From positions 23,560,001 to 23,624,000 of the forward strand of contig OZ024765.1 of assembly GCA_964016885.1 (NCBI GenBank): a stretch of DNA of 64,000 nucleotides. Direction: 5' to 3'. Shown one piece after another: positions 22,076 through 35,300 of this stretch. The DNA is from Eledone cirrhosa. Its lineage: Eukaryota. How positions within the stretch are numbered: position 1 is the stretch's first letter; every line of letters starts with the position of its first letter. Below the pieces are notes generated by a model. The model saw only the letters and a list, made by a program, of their open reading frames with translations. It did no database searches and was not told where the DNA came from. The position numbers and the translations under genes are program-made.

Positions 22076-22300
22076 TCATCATCATCATCATCTTATATCT
22101 CTGTTCCATTCTAGCATTAGCTGGATGGGTTGTGTTGTCATGGAACAAGACCAGACATTGCTGGATGACGTTTTCAATGACAACCACTTTACAGAGTGGA
22201 CAGGGTGCATTTTATTGTGGAACCCTCATGACTACTTTACAAAGTGAACAAGGTGTATTTTATTGTGGCAGCAACTCTATCACTTTACACCACCACTTTA
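22076..22300 (-). mobile_element. RTE/SINE 3'-tail fragment inside the predicted 3' UTR
   Basis: (atc)n tail right after the stop codon, then ctggatg... and two ~48-bp satellite-like units (actttacagagtggacagggtgcattttattgtggaacc...). Confidence 0.7.
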
Positions 22301-22314
22301 TACCCTTGTGTGTG

Positions 22315-22352
<38 letters not shown>

Positions 22353-22428
22353 GAAAAAGGATGGAAAGAAAGAAAGTGTGAAAAAGAAGAATTACTTTTA
22401 CCAAATATTTATTTATCACCGAATTATA

Positions 22429-22438
22429 AATAAATAAA
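22429..22438 (+). terminator. Candidate polyadenylation signal (overlapping AATAAA x2)
   Basis: aataaataaa about 360 nt after the stop, followed by T/GT-rich sequence. No transcript evidence. Confidence 0.45.
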
Positions 22439-22584
22439 ATATTCTATTTTGGTAGATTCAGTCGTTTGTTAAATTTATTTGATTTATTTTGATATGTTGT
22501 ATATATATATATAATTAAGTAGTGTATATATTATTTCTGTATACACACACACAAATATATACATACAAATATATATATATGTGT

Positions 22585-23548
22585 ATATCATCATCATAAT
22601 CATCATCATTTAACGTGTTATTTCACACTTGATATGTTAGACAAGGTGTCATGTTATGAAACATGTCAGGTCATGTGAACATGTCTTGTTCACATGGATC
22701 TGTATTTTGGTTTGGTTTCTACAGCTGGATGCCCTTCCTAATACCAACCACATTACAGTGTGGACTGGGTGAATGGTGAGGTGTAGGGAGAAGATTGGTG
22801 CAGATTAGTGTGTACTCTACATGTTTGTTTCATATCATTTTACATGGGATGTGGGGCAGGTCTTCTGAAGTACAGCATGATCCAGAGATCTCAATACTGT
22901 GTCATCTCCTTTGAGAGTTTGTGTGAGGTCAGCTTTTATCACTTCCTTCCAAGTTTTCCTAGGTCTTCCTCTTCCAGAGCTACCATCAACTTTGAGAGCC
23001 CTAAATATATTTATACAGCGGTCACCCTCCATACACACCCCATACCACTACAATCTCCTCTCCTGCACACGACATCTGATCCCTCTTATGCCTAGTTTCT
23101 CTCTCAGTTCTCTCATGCTTTGACTATGTAGTGGCTGTGTCTTTACTGTTGTTGGATGCCCTTCCTAGTACCAACCACTTTTACAGTGTGGAACTGGGTG
23201 GCACTGTTATGGGGAATGTCTGGCCAGCTGGCCTTGCTGTACCCTGCTCACAGGGGAAACGTAATTTGGGAGCTGAGAGGTCCCATTATGAGGGATATCA
23301 GGCCAATTGGCCGCACCATGCCTTGCAACTCGTGAGGTTCACTCTGGTCCTTTGTTGTATGTTGTAGTACCAGAGATCTCAGTCCTGTGTCATCTCCATT
23401 GAGAGGGTTCAGCTGAGCCAGGTTGGCCTTTTGTCATTACATCCTACTTCTGCCCAGGTCTTCCTCTTTTGAGGCACCCTACAGCCTCGAGTGCCCTGTA
23501 CCTTTTTATACAGATGTCATCCTTCATGTGCATCACATGTCCATACCA
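22585..23548 (-). mobile_element. Clustered RTE LINE 3' fragments
   Basis: ORF 22835-23038 GRGRPRKTWKEVI, a second RT tail at 23370-23548, and 3' UTR cores at 22725 and 23153. Confidence 0.8.
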
Positions 23549-23669
23549 AAAGATTTCCCACATATTTCAAAGTGATATACCTTCCAGTGTGTGTTCTCTT
23601 GTGAACAGTTAAAACTTTGTTACTGCCAAAATATTTCCCACATATTTCCCAGGGTTTCTCTCCAGTGTG
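23545..23669 (-). pseudogene. C2H2 zinc-finger gene fragment
   Basis: The - strand reads HTGEKPWEICGKYFGSNKVLTVHKRTHTG, then after a frameshift YHFEICGKSFG. The first Cys is lost in both fingers. Confidence 0.75.
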
Positions 23670-23974
23670 ACTACTGTCCAACACCTGGTAAAACAAACAT
23701 CACCAATAAAATAATTATTGCATACCAACAAAGCAGTCTCTTACCTTGTTACTCAATGTGCTAGAAATAGCAGCCAACTCACTTTTAAACATTTTAAATT
23801 AAGAGAATTAGACATGTGGCTGTGTGTAGACATGAAGGGAAGTTAGTGGTTGTTATGAAAGAGGATGATAAACAAGACAAATAACAATAATTCTGGTTAG
23901 ATATAAGTTTACTTCACTTCAGCAAAAAGGTAAAAAAAATCTGATTACTTCAAATCATAAATATAATTGTTTCT

Positions 23975-24130
23975 ACTTTAGGCACAAGGCCAGAAATGCA
24001 CCAGTACATTACTGGTACTTTATTTTATCAACCCCGTAAGGATGAAAAGCAAAGTTATCATCGGTGGGATTTGAACTGAGACTAAAGGGTGGCGTCCAAC
24101 CCTCTACCAATACTGCCAATTCACTGCCCT
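23975..24130 (-). mobile_element. SINE with Deu/Nin-like domain
   Basis: + strand ctggtactttattttatcaaccccgtaaggatgaaaagcaaagt...ggatttgaact. A related head fragment lies on the + strand at ~7270-7350 and ~17900-17980. Confidence 0.55.
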
Positions 24131-24546
24131 CATATCATAAATATAAAGTTTGATTGTAGTATTTACAAATGAATATAGTGTTCTACTGGAGAATCTTTGT
24201 TTAATATGCTATGTTTGATTAAAAATTGACAAGTAGTAGTCAGACAGTATGTACCAATAGAGGTAGTAGTAAGCAGTGGCAAGGGAGCTGTGTTTATATG
24301 AAGAGGCAGATGACTGAGTTAGGACCACAGGACAGCCTATTTATAATGACAGCTAGTTATTTTTGATAAATAACAGATGGCCCCAGAATAAGTTCTCCTT
24401 TGTAGGAATGGTGCTGTAAACCTAGCCTCCAGAAAATGTAACTGTTGTCTTCTCTGCGAGGTCACAGGTCACTTTTTGGTGGCCATGTCCATAAGAGAAG
24501 ACTGTGGGAAAACATTTCTTTCACTACACACACATATACATATATT

Positions 24547-26215
24547 ATCATCATCATCATAGTTTTAATGTCTGCTTACCTTGCTAGTAAGGGATAGATG
24601 GGTATAGATAGACTAAGTCAGTACTGATGCACGGCTGCTGACCTTCCAGGATGGTTAGGAGTCTGTTATCTCTCTTATGTATGATCTCACATACTATCAA
24701 GTGCACAGGAGAGGTTTTCATGTCTTTAACACAAGTGAAGGGTCCTCCCAGCACTTTGTATGAAAAGCTTTTTATGGCTGGATACCCTTCCTAGCACCAA
24801 CTTTATAGCATGTAGTGGGTGTGTTTATCTTGTAGATCACCAACACTAGGAAAATTGTCCTATCTTTGACACCACTGAAGGGTCCTCTTCACATGTCTCC
24901 TGTCTTTTTCCATGAAGATGAGAACACCAAAGTGGTGGGGGTGGCACTCACCAATGTCAGAAACGGGGAGGTGTAGTGATGGAGAGAATAGCAGAGTGAT
25001 AGGGAAGGAGGCATGGTAGCTACTAAGGTGTGATAGTGAAGGGTTCTAAGGGTTTATAGTGGGGGAGACAGAAGCTAAGGGATAAATACTAGAGGGAGGT
25101 GGCATGGATGGAGTGGGGGTATTTAGTGGAGATGAGGAGAGCGGCTAGGGAGTACTAGTGGAGATGAGGGGAGCTGCTAGGGAGTACTAGTGGAGGGGGA
25201 CATGGATGGAGTGGGGGTATTTAGTGGAGATGAGGGGAGCTGCTAGGGAGTAATAGTGGAGGAGGGCATGGATGGAGTGGGGGTATTTTGTGGAGATGAG
25301 GAGAGCTGCTAGGGGAGTACTAGTGGAGGGGGCATGGAGGGGGTGGGGGAATTTAGTGGTGACGATGAGAGCTGCTAGGGAGTACTAAAGGAGGGGGAAT
25401 GGATGGAGTGGGGGTATTTAGTGGTGACAAGGAGAGCTGCTAGGGAGTACTAGTGGAGGGGGCATGGATGGAGTACATAACAGTGAGAGGAGTGTCTACT
25501 AGATTGTGAATTGTGAGGGATTCTAGAGGTTTTGAAGGGGGCAGCAGATAGGGAGTGGGGGTGGTGTAGTGCGAAATACCTGTTAGGGAGTGCTAGGGAG
25601 AGGGAAGATAAGGGGATAGGTCAGGCCACAGTGTATGCTGTTGACCAGGTCTTCACTATCATAACATAATGCCAGCCCTTGTGGTCCTTTGTAATTTCTG
25701 TTGTGAGGTCTTTTAAGGTCTTCACACACTCATCCCATGTCTTCCTAGGTCTGCCTCTTCCAATGGTCCTAACCACATCAGTTTTTCTCCATTTCTTTAT
25801 GCAGCTGCTATCTTTCATACACATCACATGTCCATACCAACGTAGTCTTCTCTCTACCACGCTACATCTACTTTCTCTTATACCAACTTATTCCCTCAGT
25901 TTCCTAATGCTGCTCATCCATCAGAGCATATATATATATAACACCAACACCTCCTCTATATCTTCTTCTTTACTGTGAAAAGTGTCAAACAAAATATCTC
26001 TAACTTTGTTACTGGCTGAGGGCTCCTTTATCTTCCATATTCTTCTTCTCCAGGTTGCCCTCTGTCTCTGAGTACCTCTAGACATAACTATAAAGTCACT
26101 AACTACTAGGTTACACACTCATGTCTCAGGTATGTGTTTACCTTCCTCTATACCCACTCTACTTCTTCACATCAATAGACTACTCCCTTGATTTGTGGTC
26201 TCAGCACCGTAGACT
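24547..26215 (-). mobile_element. RTE LINE remnant with long 3' UTR
   Basis: ORF 25621-25860 RRLRWYGHV...GRGRPRKTWDE, (atc)n tail at ~24547, ggatacccttccta core at 24780. Confidence 0.7.
25075..25475. repeat. G-rich ~65-bp minisatellite, ~6 copies
   Basis: Unit gctagggagtactagtggagggggcatggatggagtgggggtatttagtggagatgaggagagct. Confidence 0.85.
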
Positions 26216-26216
26216 T

Positions 26217-26395
26217 TCATCATCATAATCATCATCATCACTGTTTAATGTCCATTTTTCCATGCTAGCATGGGTTAGATGAGTTGTCCTATTGTGAGAC
26301 AATTCAGATCAGATGACCGTGTCTTGGTTTCTATGACTGGATGCCCTTCATAACGCACACTACATTTGCAGTGTGTACTGGGTGCTTTCTGCAGT
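26217..26395 (-). mobile_element. RTE/SINE 3' tail that runs directly into the satellite
   Basis: (atc)n, gtttaatgtccatttttccatgctagcatgggttaga, ctggatgcccttca, then catttgcagtgtgtactgggtgc followed by the first satellite monomer. Confidence 0.85.
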
Positions 26396-29300
26396 ATCAC
26401 CAAAATGACTACTTTACAGTGTGGACTGGGTACTATCATGGCACCAAAATGACTACTTTACAGTGTGGACTGGGTACTATTTGTTGTGGCACCAACATGA
26501 CTAATTTACAGTGTTGGACTGGGTACTATCATGGCACCAACATGACTATTTTACAGTGTGGACTGGGTACTATCATGGCACCAACATGACTACTTTACAG
26601 TGTGGACTGGGTACTATCACGGCACCAACATGACTACTTTACAGTGTGGACTGGGTACTATCACGGCACCAACATGACTACTTTACAGTGTGGACTGGGT
26701 ACTATCATGGCACCAACATGACTACTTTACAGTGTGGACTGGGCACTATCATGGCACCAACATGTCTACTTTACAGTGTGGACTGGGTACTATCATGTCA
26801 CCAAAATGACAACTTTTCAGTGTGGACTGGGTACTATCATGTCACCAACATGACTACTTTACAGTGTGGACTGGATACTATCATGGCACCAACATGACTA
26901 CTTTACAGAGAGGACTGGGCACTATCATGTCACCAACATGACTACTTTACAGTGTGGACTGGGTACTATCATGGCACCAACATGACTACTTTACAGTGTG
27001 GACTGGGCACTATCATGTCACCAACATGACTACTTTACAGTGTGGACTGGGTACTATCATGGCACCAACATGTCTACTTTACAGTGTGGACTGGGTACTA
27101 TCATGGCACCAACATGACTACTTTACAGTGTGGACTGGGCACTATCATGTCACCAACATGACTAATTTACAGTGTGGACTGGGTACTATCATGTCACCAA
27201 AATGACAACTTTACAGTGTGGACTGGGCACTATCATGGCACCAACATGTCTACTTTACAGTGTGGACTGGGTACTATCATGACACCAACATGTCTACTTT
27301 ACAGTGTGGACTGGGCACTATCATGGCACCAACATGTCTACTTTACAGTGTGGACTGGGTACTATCATGTCACCAAAATGACAACTTTACAGTGTGGACT
27401 GGGCACTATCATGGCACCAACATGACTACTTTACAGTGTGGACTGGGTACTATCATGGCACCAAAATGACAACTTTACAGTGTGGACTGGGCACTATCAT
27501 GGCACCAACATGTCTACTTTACAGTGTGGACTGGGTACTATCATGTCACCAAAATGACAACTTTACAGTGTGGACTGGGCACTATCATGGCACCAACATG
27601 TCTACTTTACAGTGTGGACTGGGTACTATCATGACACCAACATGTCTACTTTACAGTGTGGACTGGGCACTATCATGGCACCAACATGTCTACTTTACAG
27701 TGTGGACTGGGTACTATCATGTCACCAAAATGACAACTTTACAGTGTGGACTGGGCACTATCATGGCACCAACATGACTACTTTACAGTGTGGACTGGGT
27801 ACTATCATGCCACCAAAATGACAACTTTACAGTGTGGACTGGTTACTATCATGGCACCAACATGACTACTTTACACTGTGGACTGGGCACTATCATGTCA
27901 CCAACATGACTACTTTACAGTGTGGACTGGGTACTATCATGGCACCAACATGACTACTTTACAGTGTGGACTGGGTACTATCATGGCACCAACATGACTA
28001 CTTTACAGTGTGGACTGGGTACTATCATAGCACCAACATGACTACTTTACAGTGTGGACTGGGTACTATCATGGCACCAACATGACTACTTTACAGTGTG
28101 GGCTGGGCACTATCATGGCACCAAAATGACAACTTTACAGTGTGGACTGGGCACTATCATGGCACCAACATGACTACTTTACAGTGTGGACTGGGTACTA
28201 TCATGTCACCAACATGACTACTTTACAGTGTGGACTGGGTACTATCATGGCACCAACATGACTACTTTACAGTGTGGGCTGGGTACTATGATGGCACCAA
28301 AATGACAACTTTACAGTGTGGACTGGGCACTATCATGGCACCAACATGACTACTTTACAGTGTGGGCTGGGTACTATTTGTTGTGGCACCAACATGACTA
28401 CTTTACAGTGTTGGACTGGGTACTATCATGGCACCAACATGACTATTTTACAGTGTGGACTGGGTACTATCATGGCACCAACATGACTACTTTACAGTGT
28501 GGACTGGGTACTATCACGGCACCAACATAACTACTTTACAGTGTGGACTGGGTACTATCATGGCACCAACATGACTACTTTACAGTGTGGACTGGGTACT
28601 ATCATGGCACCAACATGACTACTTTACAGTGTGGACTGGGTACTATCATGACACCAACATGTCTACTTTACAGTGTGGACTGGGCAATATCATGGCACCA
28701 ACATGTCTACTTTACAGTGTGGACTGGGTACTATCATGTCACCAAAATGACAACTTTACAGTGTGGACTGGGCACTATCATGGCACCAACATGACTACTT
28801 TACAGTGTGGACTGGGTACTATCATGTCACCAACATGACTACTTTACAGTGTGGACTGGATACTATCATGGCACCAACATGACTACTTTACAGAGAGGAC
28901 TGGGCACTATCATGTCACCAACATGACTACTTTACAGTGTGGACTGGGTACTATCATGGCACCAACATGACTACTTTACAGTGTGGACTGGGCACTATCA
29001 TGTCACCATCATGACTACTTTACAGTGTGGACTGGGTATTATCATGGCACCAACATGTCTACTTTACAGTGTGGACTGGGTACTATCATGACACCAACAT
29101 GTCTACTTTACAGTGTGGACTGGGCACTATCATGGCACCAACATGTCTACTTTACAGTGTGGACTGGGTACTATCATGTCACCAAAATGACAACATTACA
29201 GTGTGGACTGGGTACTATCATGGCACCAAAATGACAACTTTACAGTGTGGACTGGGTACTATCATGGCACCAACATGACTACTTTACACTGTGGACTGGG

Positions 29301-32300
29301 CACTATCATGTCACCAACATGACTACTTTACAGTGTGGACTGGGTACTATCATGGCACCAACATGACTACTTTACAGTGTGGACTGGGTACTATCATGGC
29401 ACCAACATGACTACTTTACAGTGTGGACTGGGCACTATCATGGCACCAACATGACTACTTTACAGTGTGGGCTGGGCACTATCATGGCACCAAAATGACA
29501 ACTTTACAGTGTGGTCTGGGCACTATCATGGCACCAACATGACTACTTTACAGTGTGGACTGGGTACTATCATGTCACCAACATGACTACTTTACAGTGT
29601 GGACTGGGTACTATCATGGCACCAACATGACTACTTTACAGTATGGACTGGGTACTATCATGGCACCAACATGACTACTTTACAGTGTGGGCTGGGTACT
29701 ATGATGGCACCAAAATGACAACTTTACAGTGTGGACTGGGCACTATCATGGCACCAACATGACTACTTTACAGTGTGGGCTGGGTACTATTTGTTGTGGC
29801 ACCAACATGACTACTTTACAGTGTTGGACTGGGTACTATCATGGCACCAACATGACTATTTTACAGTGTGGACTGGGTACTATCATGGCACCAACATGAC
29901 TACTTTACAGTGTGGACTGGGTACTATCACGGCACCAACATAACTACTTTACAGTGTGGACTGGGTACTATCATGGCACCAACATGACTACTTTACAGTG
30001 TGGACTGGGTACTATCATGGCACCAACATGACTACTTTACAGTGTGGACTGGGTACTATCATGGCACCAACATGTCTACTTTACAGTGTGGACTGGGCAA
30101 TATCATGGCACCAACATGTCTACTTTACAGTGTGGACTGGGTACTATCATGTCACCAAAATGACAACTTTACAGTGTGGACTGGGCACTATCATGGCACC
30201 AACATGACTACTTTACAGTGTGGACTGGGTACTATCATGTCACCAACATGACTACTTTACAGTGTGGACTGGATACTATCATGGCACCAACATGACTACT
30301 TTACAGAGAGGACTGGGCACTATCATGTCACCAACATGACTACTTTACAGTGTGGACTGGGTACTATCATGGCACCAACATGACTCCTTTACAGTGTGGA
30401 CTGGGTACTATCATGTCACCAACATGACTACTTTACAGTGTGGACTGGGTACTATCATGTCACCAACATGACTACTTTACAGTGTGGACTGGATACTATC
30501 ATGGCACCAACATGACTACTTTACAGAGAGGACTGGGCACTATCATGTCACCATCATGACTACTTTACAGTGTGGACTGGGTACTATCATGGCACCAACA
30601 TGTCTACTTTACAGTGTGGACTGGGTACTATCATGGCACCAACATGACTACTTTACAGTGTGGACTGGGCACTATCATGTCACCAACATGACTAATTTAC
30701 AGTGTGGACTGGGTACTATCATGTCACCAAAATGACAACTTTACAGTGTGGACTGGGCACTATCATGGCACCAACATGTCTACTTTACAGTGTGGACTGG
30801 GTACTATCATGACACCAACATGTCTACTTTACAGTGTGGACTGGGCACTATCATGGCACCAACATGTCTACTTTACAGTGTGGACTGGGTACTATCATGT
30901 CACCAAAATGACAACTTTACAGTGTGGACTGGGTACTATCATGGCACCAAAATGACAGCTTTACATTGTGGACTGGGTACTATCATGGCACCAACATGAC
31001 TACTTTACACTGTGGACTGGGCACTATCATGTCACCAACATGACTACTTTACAGTGTGGACTGGGTACTATCATGGCACCAACATGACTACTTTACAGTG
31101 TGGACTGGGTACTATCATGGCACCAACATGACTACTTTACAGTGTGGACTGGGTACTATCATAGCACCAACATGACTACTTTACAGTGTGGACTGGGTAC
31201 TATCATGGCACCAACATGACTACTTTACAGTGTGGACTGGGTACTATCATGGCACCAACATGACTACTTTACAGTGTGGACTGGGCACTATCATGGCACC
31301 AACATGACTACTTTACAGTGTGGGCTGGGCACTATCATGGCACCAAAATGACAACTTTACAGTGTGGTCTGGGCACTATCATAGCAACAACATGACTACT
31401 TTACAGTGTGGACTGGGTACTATCATGTCACCAACATGACTACTTTACAGTGTGGACTGGGTACTATCATGGCACCAACATGACTACTTTACAGTGTGGA
31501 CTGGGTACTATCATGGCACCAACAGGACTACTTTACAGTGTAGACTGGGTACTATCATGGCACCAACATGACTACTTTACAGTGTGACCTGGGCACTATC
31601 ATGGCACCAACATGACTACTTTACAGTGTGGACTGGGTACTATCATGGCACCAACATGACTACTTTACAGTGTGGACTGGGCACTATCATGGCACCAACA
31701 TGACTACTTTACAGTGTGAACTGGGCACTATCATGGCACCAACATGACTACTTTACAGTGTGTACTGGGTACTATCATGGTACCAAAATGACAACTTTAC
31801 AGTGTGGACTGGGTACTATCATGGCACCAACATGACTACTTTACAGTGTGGACTGGGTACTATCATGGCACCAACATGACTACTTTACAGTGTGGACTGG
31901 GTACTATCATGTCACCAAAATGACAACTTTACAGTGTGGACTGGGCACTATCATGGCACCAACATGTCTACTTTACAGTGTGGACTGGGTACTATCATGG
32001 CACCAACATGTCTACTTTACAGTGTGGACTGGGTACTATCATGGCTCCAACATGACTACTTTACAGTGTGGACTGGGTACTATTTATTGTGGCACCAACA
32101 TGACTACTTTACAGTGTGGACTGGGTACTATCATGTCACCAACATGACTACTTTACAGTGTGGACTGGGCACTATCATGGCACCAACATGACTACTTTAC
32201 AGTGTGGACTGGGTACTATCATGGCACCAACATGACTACTTTACAGTGTGGACTGGGTACTATCATGTCACCAACATGTCTACTTTACAGTGTGGACTGG

Positions 32301-35300
32301 ACACTATCATGGCACCAACATGACTACTTTACAGTGTGGGCTGGGCACTATCATGGCAACAACATGACTACTTTACAGTGTGGGCTGGGCACTATCATGG
32401 CACCAACATGACAACTTTACAGTGTGGACTGGGCACTATCATGGCACCAACTTGACTACTTTACAGTGTGGACTGGGCACTATCATGGCACCAACATGAC
32501 TACTTTACAGTGTGGACTGGGTACTATCATGGCACCAACATGACTACTTTACAGTGTGGGCTGGGTACTATCATGGCACCAAAATGACAACTTTACAGTG
32601 TGGACTGGGCACTATCATGGCACCAACATGACTACTTTACAGTGTGGACTGGGTACTATCATGGCACCAACATGACTACTTTACAGTGTGGACTGGGTAC
32701 TATCATGGCACCAACAGGACTACTTTACAGTGTGGACTGGGTACTATCATGGCACCAACATGACTACTTTACAGTGTGGGCTGGGCACTATCATGGCACC
32801 AACATGACTACTTTACAGTGTGGACTGGGTACTATCATGGCACCAACATGACTACTTTACAGTGTGGACTGGGCACTATCATGGCACCAACATGACTACT
32901 TTACAGTGTGGACTGGGTACTATCATGTCACCAACATGACTGCTTTACAGTGTGGACTGGGTACTATCATGGCACCAACATGACTACTTTACAGTGTGGA
33001 CTGGGTACTATTTATTGCGGCACCAACATAACTACTTTACAGTGTGGCCTGGGTACTATCATGTCACCAACATGACTACTTTACAGTGTGGACTGGGCAC
33101 TATCATGGCACCAACATGACTACTTTACAGTGTGGGCTGGGCACTATCATGGCAACAACATGACTACTTTACAGTGTGGGCTGGGCACTATCATGGCACC
33201 AACATGACAACTTTACAGTGTGGACTGGGCACTATCATGGCACCAACTTGACTACTTTACAGTGTGGACTGGGCACTATCATGGCACCAACATGACTACT
33301 TTACAGTGTGGACTGGGTACTATCATGGCACCAACATGACTACTTTACAGTGTGGGCTGGGTACTATCATGGCACCAAAATGACAACTTTACAGTGTGGA
33401 CTGGGCACTATCATGGCACCAACATGACTACTTTACAGTGTGGACTGGGTACTATCATGGCACCAACATGACTACTTTACAGTGTGGACTGGGTACTATC
33501 ATGGCACCAACAGGACTACTTTACAGTGTGGACTGGGTACTATCATGGCACCAACATGACTACTTTACAGTGTGGGCTGGGCACTATCATGGCACCAACA
33601 TGACTACTTTACAGTGTGGACTGGGTACTATCATGGCACCAACATGACTACTTTACAGTGTGGACTGGGCACTATCATGGCACCAACATGACTACTTTAC
33701 AGTGTGGACTGGGTACTATCATGGCACCAACATGACTACTTTACAGTGTGGACTGGGTACTATTTATTGTGGCACCAACATAACTACTTTACAGTGTGGA
33801 CTGGGTACTATCATGTCACCAACATGACTGCTTTACAGTGTGGACTGGGTACTATCATGGCACCAACATGACTACTTTACAGTGTGGACTGGGTACTATT
33901 TATTGTGGCACCAACATAACTACTTTACAGTGTGGACTGGGTACTATCATGTCACCAACATGACTACTTTACAGTGTGGGCTGGGCACTATCATGGCACC
34001 AACATGACTACTTTACAGTATAAACTGGTTACTATCATGGCACCAACATGACTACTTTTCAGTGTGGACTGGGTACTATCATGACACCAACATGACTACT
34101 TTACAGTGTGGACTGGGTACTATCATGGCACCAACATGACTACTTTACAGTGTGGACTGGGTACTATCATGTCACCAAAATGACAACTTTACAGTGTGGA
34201 CTGGGCACTATCATGGCACCAACATGTCTACTTTACAGTGTGGACTGGGTACTATCATGGCACCAACATGTCTACTTTACAGTGTGGACTGGGTACTATC
34301 ATGGCTCCAACATGACTACTTTACAGTGTGGACTGGGTACTATTTATTGTGGCACCAACATGACTACTTTACAGTGTGGACTGGGTACTATCATGTCACC
34401 AACATGAATACTTTACAGTGTGGACTGGGCACTATCATGGCACCAACATGACTACTTTACAGTGTGGACTGGGTACTATCATGGCACCAACATGACTACT
34501 TTACAATGTGCACTGGGTATTATCATAGCACCAACATGTCTACTTTACAGTGTGGACTGGGCACTATCATGGCACCAACATGACTACTTTACAGTGTGGG
34601 CTGGGTACTATCATGGCACCAACATGACTACTTTACAGTGTGGACTGGGTACTATCATGGCACCAACAGGACTACTTTACAGTGTGGACTGGGTACTATC
34701 ATGGCACCAACATGACTACTTTACAGTGTGGGCTGGGCACTATCATGGCACCAACATGACTACTTTACAGTGTGAACTGGGCACTATCATGGCACCAACA
34801 TGACTACTTTACAGTGTGGACTGGGTACTATCATGGCACCAACATGACTACTTTACAGTGTGGACTGGGCACTATCATGGCACCAACATGACTACTTCAC
34901 AGTGTGGACTGGGTACTATCATGGCACCAACATGACTACTTTGCAGTGTGGACTGGGTACTATTTATTGTGGCACCAACATGACTACTTTACAGTGTGGA
35001 CTGGGTACTATCATGTCACCAACATGACTGCTTTACAGTGTGGACTGGGTACTATCATGGCACCAACATGACTACTTTACAGTGTGGACTGGGCACTATC
35101 ATGGCACCAACATGACTACTTTACAGTGTGGGCTGGGCACTATCATGGCACCAAAATGACTACGTCACAGTGTGGGCTGGGCACTATCATGGCACCAACA
35201 TGACAAATTTACAGTGTGGACTGGGTACTATTATGGCACCAACATGACTACTTTACAGTGTGAACTGGTTACTATCATGGCACCAACATGACTACTTTTC

